DNA of 64,000 bases from an uncultured Poribacteria bacterium (GTDB taxonomy: Bacteria > Poribacteria > WGA-4E > WGA-3G). Both the position numbers and the translations under genes were made by a program. The notes beneath the pieces are model-generated. The model was given only the letters and a program-made list of their open reading frames with translations, did no database searches and was not told the origin of the DNA. Of the stretch, positions 51,628-62,530 are shown piece by piece. The DNA is taken from assembly GCA_951813565.1 (NCBI GenBank), contig OX638351.1:3200001-3264000 (forward strand), written 5' to 3'. Position 1 is the first letter of the stretch. Each line of letters opens with the position of its first letter.

Positions 51628-53319
51628 ATGAGCGTACAAACCTGGACCTTCATATTGGTTGGTCTTTCCTTCGCATTGTATATTGGGGTAGCGATTTGGT
51701 CTAAAGCACGTTCTACTGGTGACTTCTATGTTGCTGGCAGCAACGTACATCCGGTTGTGAATGGCATGGCAACTGCAGCGGATTGGATGAGTGCTGCGTC
51801 TTTCATCTCAATGGCGGGGATGATCGCTTTTCTGGGACGCGATGGATCGGTCTATCTCCTCGGATGGACAGGTGGGTATGTCCTCCTTGCACTATTATTA
51901 GCCCCTTATCTTCGTAAATTCGGTAAATATACCGTTCCCGATTTCGTTGGGGATCGGTATTATTCACAATTGGCAAGAATCGTTGCTGTTGTGTGTGCTG
52001 TATTTGTTTCATTTACCTATGTTGCTGGACAGATGCGCGGTGTCGGCATTGTCTTTTCTCGGTTTCTCAATGTTAATGTTACAACGGGTGTGCTAATCGG
52101 CATGGGGATAGTGTTCTTTTACGCTGTGCTTGGCGGCATGAAAGGCATTACCTATACGCAGGTTGCACAATACTGTGTCCTCATTTTTGCATACCTCGTG
52201 CCTGCGATTTTCATCTCAATACTAATTACTGGCAACCCTATTCCGCAGCTAGGATTTGGCGCAGCAGACGATACAGGTGTGTATCTCTTGGACCGTCTCA
52301 ACGGACTACATGAAGCACTCGGTTTTGACCAATACACAGACGGAACTAAATCTAAGATTGATGTTTTTTTTATCACTGCAGCTTTGATGTTGGGAACTGC
52401 TGGACTTCCGCATGTAATTATCCGATTCTACACAGTCCGTAAAGCATCAGAAGCACGAATTTCTGCAGGATGGGCGTTGTTATTCATCGCGATGTTGTAT
52501 ACAACAGCACCTGCTGTCGCTATATTTGCCAAAACAAATTTGCTTAAGACTGTAACTTCTGAACAGGAAGGCAAATTAATCGACACCAAATATGAAAGCA
52601 TGCCTGAGTGGTTTAAAAATTGGGAAGCGACCGGACTAATAAAATTCAATGATTTGAATGACGATGGTGCAATTCAATACCGTGGCCCAAAATCTTCTGA
52701 TGAGAATGAACTTGAAATTGATCGTGACATTATGGTGTTGGCAAACCCTGAAATTGCAAAACTACCGAATTGGATTGTAGGATTAGTTGCTGCAGGGGGT
52801 TTGGCAGCCGCTTTATCTACTGCTGCGGGGCTTCTTTTGGTTATTTCAACCGCTATTGCGCATGACTTACTGAAAGGTTGTATTGTCCGCGATTTATCGG
52901 AGAAAAATGAATTAACTGCTGCGCGAATCGCTGCAGGTTTTGCTGTCTGTATTGCTGGATATTTTGGCATCAATCCACCTGGATTTGTGGCGCAAGTTGT
53001 CGCATTCGCTTTTGGATTGGCGGCAAGTTCTTTCTTCCCCGCAATCGTGATGGGAATTTTCTCTAAGCGAATGAACAAAGCTGGGGCAGTAGCAGGTATG
53101 GTTGTTGGTATCACATTTACAGCAGCCTATATCATATTTTTCAAATTTATCAAACCCGACCTTAACACAGCCGAGTACTGGTTATGGGGCATATCTCCAG
53201 AGGGTATTGGCACACTTGGCATGGTGTTAAATTTTATTGTCGCTGCTGTCGTATCTGCTTTCACACCACCGCCACCTGAAGAGGTGCAAGTACTGGTTGA
53301 AGATATTCGAGTTCCGTAA
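51628..53319 (+). CDS. sodium:solute symporter (ActP-like)
   Basis: NGMATAADWMSAASF, GGMKGITYTQ, GTAGLPH...RF. Confidence 0.95.
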   Translation: MSVQTWTFILVGLSFALYIGVAIWSKARSTGDFYVAGSNVHPVVNGMATAADWMSAASFISMAGMIAFLGRDGSVYLLGWTGGYVLLALLLAPYLRKFGKYTVPDFVGDRYYSQLARIVAVVCAVFVSFTYVAGQMRGVGIVFSRFLNVNVTTGVLIGMGIVFFYAVLGGMKGITYTQVAQYCVLIFAYLVPAIFISILITGNPIPQLGFGAADDTGVYLLDRLNGLHEALGFDQYTDGTKSKIDVFFITAALMLGTAGLPHVIIRFYTVRKASEARISAGWALLFIAMLYTTAPAVAIFAKTNLLKTVTSEQEGKLIDTKYESMPEWFKNWEATGLIKFNDLNDDGAIQYRGPKSSDENELEIDRDIMVLANPEIAKLPNWIVGLVAAGGLAAALSTAAGLLLVISTAIAHDLLKGCIVRDLSEKNELTAARIAAGFAVCIAGYFGINPPGFVAQVVAFAFGLAASSFFPAIVMGIFSKRMNKAGAVAGMVVGITFTAAYIIFFKFIKPDLNTAEYWLWGISPEGIGTLGMVLNFIVAAVVSAFTPPPPEEVQVLVEDIRVP

Positions 53320-53334
53320 AATGGAGGTCTTCTG

Positions 53335-55023
53335 ATGAAATTCCAAGTCTTAGTTCAAGATCGCAATTTATCATTGTTACCTTGGCGTAACATACTTAAA
53401 TTACTTATTTTCACGCTTTTAGTGGTCGGTATCCCTGTTTCAGGACACACAGCGAAAGTAACAGATTTTATTCCAAATGATAGTATCGTCTACCTAAAAT
53501 TACAAGATATAGATGAAGTTTATAAAGAAATACAAATCTCAGAAGAATGGGAAAATATACTTGATCAAATTATGGACGAATCAGAGATGCAGGAGATAGA
53601 ACAGGTACTGTTAGCTGCGCAAGCGATTATTGGAACTGATCTGTTCGGTGTCATTGATACTGTCGGATACCAAACAGGTTTCGCACTATGGAAAAACGAG
53701 GCAGATACCGTTCAAGGTGGAATTGTTGTTCATTCAGGAGGGAATCTTGCTGAGTTAAAACGATTAACTAAAATGCTGACCGGTTTTATCGGTTTTTCTG
53801 GAGGCACATTAAAACTTGATGTCGGTGAACATGAAAAAGTAAAATACAGCATTGTCCAGCTACCAGATTTACTGATTAGCTACGGATTTGTAGGCGATTT
53901 TCTCGTGGCAGGAATTGGAGAGAATAGTTTTAAAAAATTGATTGATACCTATCGCAAAAAAAATCCAGCTATTCGAAAAAATGTGTCTTATTCTAAAGTT
54001 ACAAAGAGATTTGGGGAAGGACAATTGAGCCTTTCTATAAATGTGTCAGAAGCATTGCCTTTGCTTGAAGATATAGATGCTGAAGAACGAGTACAACTGG
54101 AAACCTTTACAAATGTTTATGCTAAACTCAATCTACTTGAGGCAGCACCATTTCTTCAGTTTTACGCCGCATTTGATTCTTCTCTGCCAGAAAACAAAAT
54201 TGCACTCTTCTTGAAAGAAGGTAAAGACTTACAAACTCTAAAAGGGTTGTCAGGAGAGGAAGACCTGTTTATCGCAGTTGCTCCGAGGATATTAGAAACG
54301 ACGTGGCTGCTTATCCGTGACCAAATTAATAATAACGCAACGGATGATCTTTATGCGTTAATCTTGTTTCTTGAAGGCATGCTAAACCTGAATTTAGAGG
54401 AAGACGTTATGGCAGGTTTAACCGGGGAAATTGCGTTGTCTGTTGACGACTTAACACAGTTTGAACCGAGTGCTTTAGAAAACCTCAATATTGATTTTCT
54501 TGAGACCTTTCAGATAGATGCAGCGAGCGTGCATACGCATGGCGGATTAATCTTCAATTCTGCAAATTCTCAAAAATGGAATCAAATAGGCAATAGTCTC
54601 TCTAATCTACAGAACGCTTCTATTTCTCAAACTAACTATAAGGGCACAAAAGTATCAATTTTTGCTTCAAATATCTACTATACTGAAAAGAACGGACTGT
54701 CTCTTTTAAGTTTTTCTGAGGACCAGATGTATTCCATCATTGATAGGCTTGAAAGCAAAAAGAAACCATCATACTTAAAGCAGTTGCCCAAAAAACCACT
54801 GGCAGTTGTAAAACTCAACATCGCGAAGTTGTTGGAATCTATCAATGGTGCCGTACCGATAGAAGATGGCATTGTAAAACCAAAGGAACTACCTCCGCTT
54901 CTTGCTTGGATCACAGTCAAGAAAAATGAAGCTGTGTTAGAAGCAACGCTCTCAAATAAAGAGTCACCGCTTGAGGTATTGGCTAAATTTGCACCTATTA
55001 TCGCTTTTCATTTGAAGAATTAG
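53335..55023 (+). CDS. DUF3352-like exported protein
   Basis: Signal-like N-terminus, FIP....VY, LTGEIAL. Confidence 0.55.
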   Translation: MKFQVLVQDRNLSLLPWRNILKLLIFTLLVVGIPVSGHTAKVTDFIPNDSIVYLKLQDIDEVYKEIQISEEWENILDQIMDESEMQEIEQVLLAAQAIIGTDLFGVIDTVGYQTGFALWKNEADTVQGGIVVHSGGNLAELKRLTKMLTGFIGFSGGTLKLDVGEHEKVKYSIVQLPDLLISYGFVGDFLVAGIGENSFKKLIDTYRKKNPAIRKNVSYSKVTKRFGEGQLSLSINVSEALPLLEDIDAEERVQLETFTNVYAKLNLLEAAPFLQFYAAFDSSLPENKIALFLKEGKDLQTLKGLSGEEDLFIAVAPRILETTWLLIRDQINNNATDDLYALILFLEGMLNLNLEEDVMAGLTGEIALSVDDLTQFEPSALENLNIDFLETFQIDAASVHTHGGLIFNSANSQKWNQIGNSLSNLQNASISQTNYKGTKVSIFASNIYYTEKNGLSLLSFSEDQMYSIIDRLESKKKPSYLKQLPKKPLAVVKLNIAKLLESINGAVPIEDGIVKPKELPPLLAWITVKKNEAVLEATLSNKESPLEVLAKFAPIIAFHLKN

Positions 55024-55038
55024 GAGGATAACACAGTT

Positions 55039-55311
55039 ATGTCTGACTGGATTAAAACCATTAATCAAAAAACAAAATGGATGAAGTGGTCGGCTATTGT
55101 TTTTTGTTTCCTCATAGGAATATATAATTTTGTTGAGGGTTATAGATTGCTGCAAGATGAACCAGGAGAGCGATCGGGTACACTACTCATTATCTCTGGC
55201 TCGTTTTTCCTTATCAGTGGTGTCTTGCAATTTTTATCACGTTATCTCACTGCTAATGTTGTAGGCGCAATATCATCAGTTATTGCAGTGGTTATATTTT
55301 TTATTGCTTAA
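55039..55311 (+). CDS. small membrane protein
   Basis: AGGAGG RBS; three hydrophobic segments. Confidence 0.65.
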   Translation: MSDWIKTINQKTKWMKWSAIVFCFLIGIYNFVEGYRLLQDEPGERSGTLLIISGSFFLISGVLQFLSRYLTANVVGAISSVIAVVIFFIA

Positions 55312-55422
55312 TTTTATTATTGGACAAACCGTAATTTGTGTCTCGGTAAATTTTCGAAAGGAGCCAGCATTCCTAAATATGCTGTTAAGATGGGTAGGTT
55401 TATTTCGGACACTATACTCAAT

Positions 55423-55671
55423 TTATAGTAAAACCTATAATTAATGGGACACTTCTGTAGCGCAAACTTTATGAAGTTTAAGAAAATAATTCGGTAATTT
55501 AGCGAGGTTAGGAAGCCTCGTCAGCAGGTGGGTACACCTGCCTTGTGCGGACAGAAAATTACCGAATTAAAAAATTAATCTTCATTTAGTTTGTGCTACA
55601 ACTTGTATTGTCCGTTATCTTTCCAAGACAAGTTTATCAAAGTGTCCCAATAATTTCAAAGTTCACTATAA
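55423..55671. mobile_element. MITE shell 'A' containing shell 'B' (55471-55585)
   Basis: Ends near-identical to 7913-8359; inner B matches reverse complement of 5086-5199. Confidence 0.8.
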
Positions 55672-55705
55672 ATGAATAGCACGGGGAATATACGGGAGAT
55701 TTTAA

Positions 55706-56518
55706 ATGATAGATGTCTGTTTTTTTGCTGACGAAGTTTCCAGAGAAGATTTTGAGGAAGCTATCAAACTCGGTGTCGAAGCTGGCGCCACTACTGTGGA
55801 AGTACGCGGTGGTGTTTGGGGTAAACACGTAACCGAAATCGATGATGACGATGTGAAACGCGCGCAAGACGTACTAACTTCTTACAATGTCCGCGTCGCG
55901 AGCGTCGGTTCACCTTTTGGTAAATGTGCAATTGACAATCCACAAGAATATGAACGTCACCTGCGACACTTCGACCGTATGGTTGAACTCGCTCACGCCT
56001 TTGAAACACAGATTATTCGAGGATTCGCTTTTTGGAATCCAAATCGGCGGCTTAAAGAAACATCCCGTCCAGATATAAACGACTATTTGGAACAGATCGT
56101 GGAAAAACTTTCACCTGTAGTTCCAATTGCTGAAAGCGCAAACGTTATCCTCGCATTTGAAAATGAAGATGCAACGCTTGCAGGAACATGTGAAGAAACA
56201 CGTGCTGTTATTGATGCACTTGGTAATAGTCCTGCTCTCGCTTCATGTTGGGATGTCAATAATGGTTTACACTGCGGTGAGATTCCTTTGCCTGACGGAT
56301 ATTCACATGTTAAGGGACTGGTGCGGCATGTGCATGTAAAACCAAACCGCGAGAAAAATCTGGATCCGATTAGAGATACAGACTTACGCTATGAACAATT
56401 GTTGCAAACATTAATTGATGACGGATTTACTGGTGCAGCGAGTATTGAACATTGGGGAAATCCACAACAGATGTTAGACGGCATCCGTCAACTTCGTGCA
56501 GTTGTTGATGCAATGTAA
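55706..56518 (+). CDS. sugar phosphate isomerase/epimerase
   Basis: FADEVS, VEVR, GSPFGK, FENE, WDVNN, HVHVK. Confidence 0.88.
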   Translation: MIDVCFFADEVSREDFEEAIKLGVEAGATTVEVRGGVWGKHVTEIDDDDVKRAQDVLTSYNVRVASVGSPFGKCAIDNPQEYERHLRHFDRMVELAHAFETQIIRGFAFWNPNRRLKETSRPDINDYLEQIVEKLSPVVPIAESANVILAFENEDATLAGTCEETRAVIDALGNSPALASCWDVNNGLHCGEIPLPDGYSHVKGLVRHVHVKPNREKNLDPIRDTDLRYEQLLQTLIDDGFTGAASIEHWGNPQQMLDGIRQLRAVVDAM

Positions 56519-56549
56519 CGCACACTCAAACAGAAGGAGAGATATTATA

Positions 56550-57539
56550 ATGCAATTAAAACCTGATGCGCCACATCTGAATTGGCAAGGGATTGTATCC
56601 ATTGAAAAAACAGATACTTCTATTATGCCTTGGCGAACACCTCACGAGACGCACGCACTGTTTCCAGAGCCGTTATTAGAACGCTCAGCAATGCCTGCGG
56701 GGGTTCGCATCAGTTTTCGGAGCAACACTACGCGCATTTCGGGCAATATTGTTGAACAACGCGAATCCGGCATGCTTGATCTCTGTTGTGATGGAGAGTT
56801 CATTGCATCATTTGATCTGAAGGGACAAAATAGTTTTGTCTTTGAAAATCTATCAGATCAAGATAAATTAATTGAACTATGGTTACCGCAATTCGGTAGG
56901 TTTCAACTCCGAAATTTAGACATAGATGATGGCGCAACATTAGAACCGTTCATTGACAAACGTCCGCGGTGGATCACTTATGGAAGTTCTATCACGCAAT
57001 GTCGTTCAGCCGCTTCACCAACACAGACATGGCCTGGCATTGTTGCTCGCGATCAGGATTTCAACTTGACATGTCTTGGCTATGGTGGACAGTGTCATCT
57101 TGATTCTATGGTGGCACGAATGATTCGCGACCTACCTGCGAACTACATCTCAATGTGTCTCGGAATTAACATACAGGGTGCATCCAGTTTGGGACCTCGT
57201 GCATTTCGTCCAGCGATTATCGGTGCTGTGCAGATTATTCGTGAGAAACACACAGACATACCTATTGTCCTGATGTCACCCATTTATTGCCCAAACAGAG
57301 AGGAAAATCCGAACGCTGTCGGTTTCAATTTGCAGAAAATGCGTGAGGAAGTGCAAGCAGCAGCCGAAGCACTAAAATCTTATGGCGACGATAATATCCA
57401 TTACGTAAGCGGTTTAGATGTATTTGGCTCAGATTTTGTGAACCTGCTCCCTGATAACTTGCACCCTGATGCAGAAGGATATAGGGTAATGGGCAGGAAT
57501 TTTGTAAGTGAGGTTGCCAATAAATTTTTCACTGAATAA
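56550..57539 (+). CDS. SGNH/GDSL hydrolase
   Basis: YGSSITQ, GYGG, GIN, DNLHP. Confidence 0.9.
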   Translation: MQLKPDAPHLNWQGIVSIEKTDTSIMPWRTPHETHALFPEPLLERSAMPAGVRISFRSNTTRISGNIVEQRESGMLDLCCDGEFIASFDLKGQNSFVFENLSDQDKLIELWLPQFGRFQLRNLDIDDGATLEPFIDKRPRWITYGSSITQCRSAASPTQTWPGIVARDQDFNLTCLGYGGQCHLDSMVARMIRDLPANYISMCLGINIQGASSLGPRAFRPAIIGAVQIIREKHTDIPIVLMSPIYCPNREENPNAVGFNLQKMREEVQAAAEALKSYGDDNIHYVSGLDVFGSDFVNLLPDNLHPDAEGYRVMGRNFVSEVANKFFTE

Positions 57540-57592
57540 TTTTAATCCTGTAGGTTTCTATTCCAATTTATTGAAGATTACGGAGAACACCT

Positions 57593-58672
57593 ATGAATAC
57601 TTATCGTGCCGCTATTATCGGTTGTAGCCGAATGGGTGCGTTCATTGACAACGAAGTTCCGGATTATGAGGCGATAAAATTGCCCTACTCTCACGCTGCT
57701 GGCTTTTTTGCCGAAGAACGAACCGATCTTGTCGCGTGTGCTGATCTACGTCCTGAAGTAATGGAACACTTTGGGAACCGTTATAATGTCCCAAAAGCAA
57801 ATCAGTACACCGATTATCGTGAAATGCTTGAAAAAGAACAACCAGATATTGTTAGCGTTGCCACGCAACCCGAACATCGCGCGGAAATAGTCATTTACGT
57901 AGCAGAACACGGTGCCAAAGCCATTTACGCAGAAAAAGCGATGGCAGCTTCTATGGACGAGGCAGCAGCGATGGTGTCTGCCGTCGAACAAAACAACGTT
58001 GCCTTCAATCTCGGCACAAATCGTCGGTGGCACACAGGCTTTGACAAGATGAAAGAGGTTATTGACAGCGGCGAAATTGGCAGTCTGCGAGCACTAATCA
58101 TCTATGGCAACGGCTCACTTTTCAACACTGCAAGCCATAATTTAGATCTAATTTTACGCCTGAATAGCGATGCGCCTGCAAGTTGGGTTTCTGGTTACCT
58201 TCCGCAAGGCGATTCCGTTTTTGATGGCGACGTGCTACAAGTTGATCCATCCGGATCAGGCACAATCCAGTTTGAAAATGGTGTAACAGCACATGCGCTC
58301 TTGACACCACGCAGCAGTGAATGGGAAGCAATATGTGACGGTGGAACCGTCACATGTTGGAACAACGGTTGGCAGTGGCATCTCCGTAAACAGCAAGATG
58401 TACCGGGATGGCGAGCGTGTAAAGTGCCTGATACCTTTCCTGAATTTGAGCGTGCCAGTAGCACAGCAAATCTGATTAAAGACCTTGTTAATGCATTAGA
58501 TACAGGTGAACCAACACGCGGCGGAGTCCGCTGTGCGTATGCAAGCACTGAACTAATTTTTGGTATCATCGAATCACATCTACACAACGGTGCACGAATT
58601 GAACTTCCATTGAAAGATTCAAAAATCCGTTTACAAAGAAATCCATCTGCAAGACAACCACGGATTGAGTAA
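57593..58672 (+). CDS. Gfo/Idh/MocA oxidoreductase
   Basis: IIGCSRMG, DIVSVAT, AEKAMA, SHNLD. Confidence 0.9.
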   Translation: MNTYRAAIIGCSRMGAFIDNEVPDYEAIKLPYSHAAGFFAEERTDLVACADLRPEVMEHFGNRYNVPKANQYTDYREMLEKEQPDIVSVATQPEHRAEIVIYVAEHGAKAIYAEKAMAASMDEAAAMVSAVEQNNVAFNLGTNRRWHTGFDKMKEVIDSGEIGSLRALIIYGNGSLFNTASHNLDLILRLNSDAPASWVSGYLPQGDSVFDGDVLQVDPSGSGTIQFENGVTAHALLTPRSSEWEAICDGGTVTCWNNGWQWHLRKQQDVPGWRACKVPDTFPEFERASSTANLIKDLVNALDTGEPTRGGVRCAYASTELIFGIIESHLHNGARIELPLKDSKIRLQRNPSARQPRIE

Positions 58673-58771
58673 CCACAATAATAGTGGAGGTGCCCTCCTT
58701 GAGTTGTTCTTAAACCTTTGTTGAAACTTCTAACCAAGATAAACTTTTGGTTCCAAAAGGAGGAATTCCCG

Positions 58772-59488
58772 ATGAGATTTACAACTTTCTGTTCGCTTAT
58801 CGTAACAGTTATACTAATAACACCCGCGGCTTTAGCACTTCATGATGAAGACCAGGGACCGGAAAAATTTGGAAATTACGAATTCAAGGAGCAAGACATC
58901 AAAGCGGCAACAGACGCTTGTGATGCTGACGGTCGAGCAGGCCCCGAATTTGTGCCAACAGTTCGGGATAAAGAGCCAAATTTAGCACTTCTGAAAGATG
59001 CTAAGCCTGATGCTTCTTCACTCTTAGGAGGTTGGTGTCCACAACGGCATTGTACAGAATACCTTAACGATGGCTTCTATAACAATTGCCGTAGTTGGAT
59101 TATCGACGCAATACCCGGTTGGGCACAGATTGACATTGGTGTTGTTGCAAATGTGAACCGTATCTATTTCGGTAGCGATCATGCGCAAAGTTTTATTGAC
59201 CGGATGACGACGGACTTTGATATCCTCGTCGCAACAACTAAGGCTGATGCGAACTCCGAAGCAAACACCTGGAAAAAGGTCTATACTCACAAAGGTGCGG
59301 CTATAAGCAAAACCACTGAGATAACCTTTGACGATGTAGAGGCACGATGGGTACGCATTCACATTCGCGCCAATGGTGGTGCACGTATTGATGAAATCGA
59401 GATTTATGGTGGTAACGATCCGATGGCAGTTGAACCTACTGACAAACTAACGACAATCTGGGCACAAGTTAAAGCTGATAAATTTTAA
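58772..59488 (+). CDS. secreted discoidin/galactose-binding-like protein with VEP tail
   Basis: Signal peptide, NLAL, LNDG, WAQIDIG, ARWVRI, IDEIEIY; ends VEPTDKLTTIWAQVK. Confidence 0.75.
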   Translation: MRFTTFCSLIVTVILITPAALALHDEDQGPEKFGNYEFKEQDIKAATDACDADGRAGPEFVPTVRDKEPNLALLKDAKPDASSLLGGWCPQRHCTEYLNDGFYNNCRSWIIDAIPGWAQIDIGVVANVNRIYFGSDHAQSFIDRMTTDFDILVATTKADANSEANTWKKVYTHKGAAISKTTEITFDDVEARWVRIHIRANGGARIDEIEIYGGNDPMAVEPTDKLTTIWAQVKADKF

Positions 59489-59511
59489 CAATATAATATA
59501 AGGAGATTAAA

Positions 59512-60222
59512 ATGCGCTATCTTATCTATTTGACACTGATTCTGTGTGTTGGCACCGTTTCAGCTGAAATTCTGTTTCAAGACGATTTTGAAAGTGGTAA
59601 AGTTGACAATGCAAAGTGGGCTCCACAAGGCACTTGGGTAATCGAGGATAATAAGGATGATCATGATGTTCTCGGCAAAAAAGTGCTTGCTGTCCAAGGC
59701 AGTGAAATTGGGCTCAGTGTTGATGAGTTTCCTGAAGAGTTCGATTATTATGCTGATTTTAAAACCGTATCGGCTGGTTTGACAGGCTTCTGTTTTCACT
59801 GTCAAGACAGCAATAACGTCTATATGCATCAAGTTTCAACAGCTGGTTCCGGGCATACGCCGCAACATATCCGGTGGCACAGAAAAGTAAACGGTGTTTA
59901 TGCTGTTGAACCTGACCCATTCGCAGATAAAGTGAATCGTGACCAAAATGTGTGGTATCGCGTGAAGTTTGAGATGCGTAAAAACTACAAATTTAAGGTT
60001 TATCTCGGTGATGTCGGCGCTGAAAATAATGATCTCACCCTTGTGAGTGAATGGACAGATAGCCAAAAATCTTTTAAGATGGGTAAAATTGGAATCCGGA
60101 TGAGCGGTGGCGAGCGCGCACAATATGATAACATTGTTATTGCTACCCCAGAATTTGATATATTTCCCGTAGAACCTAAAGGCAAACTCGCGGTGACGTG
60201 GGGTAACTTGAAAAATAAATAG
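59512..60222 (+). CDS. secreted DUF1080/ConA-like protein with VEP-WGxxK tail
   Basis: LFQDDFESG, WYRVK, GKIGIR, YDNI; ends VEPKGKLAVTWGNLK. Confidence 0.75.
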   Translation: MRYLIYLTLILCVGTVSAEILFQDDFESGKVDNAKWAPQGTWVIEDNKDDHDVLGKKVLAVQGSEIGLSVDEFPEEFDYYADFKTVSAGLTGFCFHCQDSNNVYMHQVSTAGSGHTPQHIRWHRKVNGVYAVEPDPFADKVNRDQNVWYRVKFEMRKNYKFKVYLGDVGAENNDLTLVSEWTDSQKSFKMGKIGIRMSGGERAQYDNIVIATPEFDIFPVEPKGKLAVTWGNLKNK

Positions 60223-60431
60223 GTCAAAATCTCGTTTTTGTTCTTTCACAGCAACAGAAAAGATGGCTATTTACTTTGCCGTTTATGGTTACCTTAATAA
60301 TATAGATTATGGTATAATTTAAATTGAATGACAGTTGAATTGACTGTCAGATTAATAGTTTCTGAATTGATAAAAGCAGGCTTTGGCACCAAAGCCACCT
60401 GATTTTACCTTCACTATAAGGAGAAAATATT

Positions 60432-61142
60432 ATGCGATATTTAATCTGTTTAGCAATGATTCTGTGCGTTGGCACTGTATCTGCTGAACTGCTATTTCAT
60501 GATGATTTTGAAAGTGGGAACATTGACGAATCTAAATGGGCACCGCAAGGCACTTGGGCGATTGAAGACAATGCCGATGGGCATGATGTACTCGGTAATA
60601 GTGTTCTTTTTGTTCCAGGTGGGGAAGTCGGACTTAGCATTGATGAGTTCCCAGAAGAGTACGACTATTATGCAGATTTTAAAGCCATGCAGAATGGGTT
60701 AACTGGTTTTGTCTTCCACGGGACGGACGGTAACAACATCTACATGCACCAGGTCTCCACTGATGCCTCTGGTCATACACCTCAACATATCCGTTGGCAT
60801 AGAAGAGTTAATGGTGGATGGGCTGCCGAACCAGGTGCTTTTGAAGATGGCGTTGATCGTAAAGCAAATGTCTGGTACCGTGCGAAATTCGAAGTGCGGA
60901 AAGGCTCTAATTTCAAGGCATACATTGGACCAGTAGGTGGCAGTGTTGGCGATTTATCTTTTGTAAGCGAATGGACCGATTCACAAGGCGCCTTCTCGTC
61001 AGGGAAAATCGGGTTCCGTATGAGCGGTGCTGAACATGCTCAGTACGATAATATATTTGTCGTAACACCGGGCGGTAATGCTACACCTGTTGAACCGCGA
61101 GGTAAAATTGCTGTGACGTGGGGCAACTTAAAACGTAAATAA
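60432..61142 (+). CDS. secreted DUF1080/ConA-like protein with VEP-WGxxK tail (tandem paralog)
   Basis: Same length (236 aa) and motifs as 59512-60222. Confidence 0.75.
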   Translation: MRYLICLAMILCVGTVSAELLFHDDFESGNIDESKWAPQGTWAIEDNADGHDVLGNSVLFVPGGEVGLSIDEFPEEYDYYADFKAMQNGLTGFVFHGTDGNNIYMHQVSTDASGHTPQHIRWHRRVNGGWAAEPGAFEDGVDRKANVWYRAKFEVRKGSNFKAYIGPVGGSVGDLSFVSEWTDSQGAFSSGKIGFRMSGAEHAQYDNIFVVTPGGNATPVEPRGKIAVTWGNLKRK

Positions 61143-62176
61143 TGCAACAAAAATCCACAATGAGTGCAACTCGTGGCGTTGACACCTTAGCCATCGGCAT
61201 TATTGGCGCCGGCAGAATGGGTAGACATCACCATAGTGCTATCACCAACTACGGTGCAAGGGTGGTTGCTGTCCACGATGTGCAGCTTGAAGCAGCACAA
61301 GAACTTGCAACGCTTGCCAACGCTGAACTTGCGACAGATGTACTGAGTGATTTTTTTGATGTAGAAATGCACGGGGTGGTGATTACAACACCACCCCCTG
61401 TTCGTTTAGAGCCTATCCAGATGGCGTGCAAACACGACATTGCCTTAATGGTTGAAAAACCGCCTGCTCTGAATATTAGTGATGGACAGAAATGTCTTGA
61501 ATGTATTGAGAAGGCAGATGTGATGGCAGCTGTCGGATTTCAACTCAGATATCATCCTCTCTATGAACAACTGAAAGCATTAATCGCTTCGGAGACAGTC
61601 CATCTGGTGCGAACAGTTTGCACAATCAATTACTATCTCAATTTTCAAATGCCTACTTGGTTTTTACAGTCAGAGGTCAGCGGTGGACCCTTAGCAGAAC
61701 AAGCTGTGCATGTGCTGGATTGTGCAAGATTTGTTATGGGTAATCCAAAACCTGTGCAAGCACATGCATTGGCTGTAAAAAATATGGCGTTAGAACGAAC
61801 CGAATTTGATGCTGAAAATGCTATACAAATGACTTATGAATTGGACAATGGCGTTTTCGGTACACACATGAATCATTGCGGCACCGAAGGATTTTGTTTT
61901 GATGTTGAGGTCGTAGGACCGCATTTACGCTTGCAAGCAAATATGGCGGACAGCGCGATTCGCGGCTATCTTAATGGTGAAACAATAAACGAGCCTGCTG
62001 TTTCGCAAAACAGTTTGGGTTTAGATAAAACTGGAGCGTGGCTACGTGCTATTGAAACAGGGGACAGAAGTCTAATCCGTTCCTCTTTTGCTGACGCACT
62101 TGAGACGCTTGCATTAATTGACGCGGCAATCAAAAGCCGTAATACTGGACGATTTATTCAAGTGGAGGAATTATGA
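61142..62176 (+). CDS. Gfo/Idh/MocA oxidoreductase
   Basis: IIGAGRMG, VEKP, VGFQLRY, HVLD. Confidence 0.9.
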   Translation: MQQKSTMSATRGVDTLAIGIIGAGRMGRHHHSAITNYGARVVAVHDVQLEAAQELATLANAELATDVLSDFFDVEMHGVVITTPPPVRLEPIQMACKHDIALMVEKPPALNISDGQKCLECIEKADVMAAVGFQLRYHPLYEQLKALIASETVHLVRTVCTINYYLNFQMPTWFLQSEVSGGPLAEQAVHVLDCARFVMGNPKPVQAHALAVKNMALERTEFDAENAIQMTYELDNGVFGTHMNHCGTEGFCFDVEVVGPHLRLQANMADSAIRGYLNGETINEPAVSQNSLGLDKTGAWLRAIETGDRSLIRSSFADALETLALIDAAIKSRNTGRFIQVEEL

Positions 62177-62520
62177 TGATAGACTGGGTATATTTTCGGA
62201 ATAGCTGAAACTCATGCAAAAAAGTGCAAGAGGTTCTTGACACACATAACTTAGAAGCAAAAGACAGAACTGATGCTCGAAAAGAGAAGTTAGAAGCAGA
62301 CGCAGTATGGGATTTAATAGAATCCGCTGAGCGGATAGTTGTTGCGAAAGGTAAAAGCATAGAAACCTTCGTGCCTGCTGAAGACGACCGTGATTCAATC
62401 TTGAAAGCGGTTTTAGGACGGAGTGGCAGTTTGCGTGCCCCGACGGTTAAAACGGGCAATGTATTTTTTGTTGGGTACAACGATGCGCTCTATACTGACG
62501 TGCCGTTCGCAAACGGATAA
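62173..62520 (+). CDS. ArsC/Spx-like selenoprotein (UxxC), 115 aa
   Basis: GGAGG RBS; MMIDWVYFRNS-U(TGA 62206)-NSCKK in frame with ORF 62224-62520; LGRSGSLRAP; SECIS-like hairpin. Confidence 0.8.
62224..62243 (+). promoter_or_regulatory. putative bacterial SECIS hairpin
   Basis: GTG-CAAGA-GGT-TCTTG-A-CAC; loop G 23 nt after UGA. Confidence 0.6.
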
Positions 62521-62530
62521 CTAAAAACCG

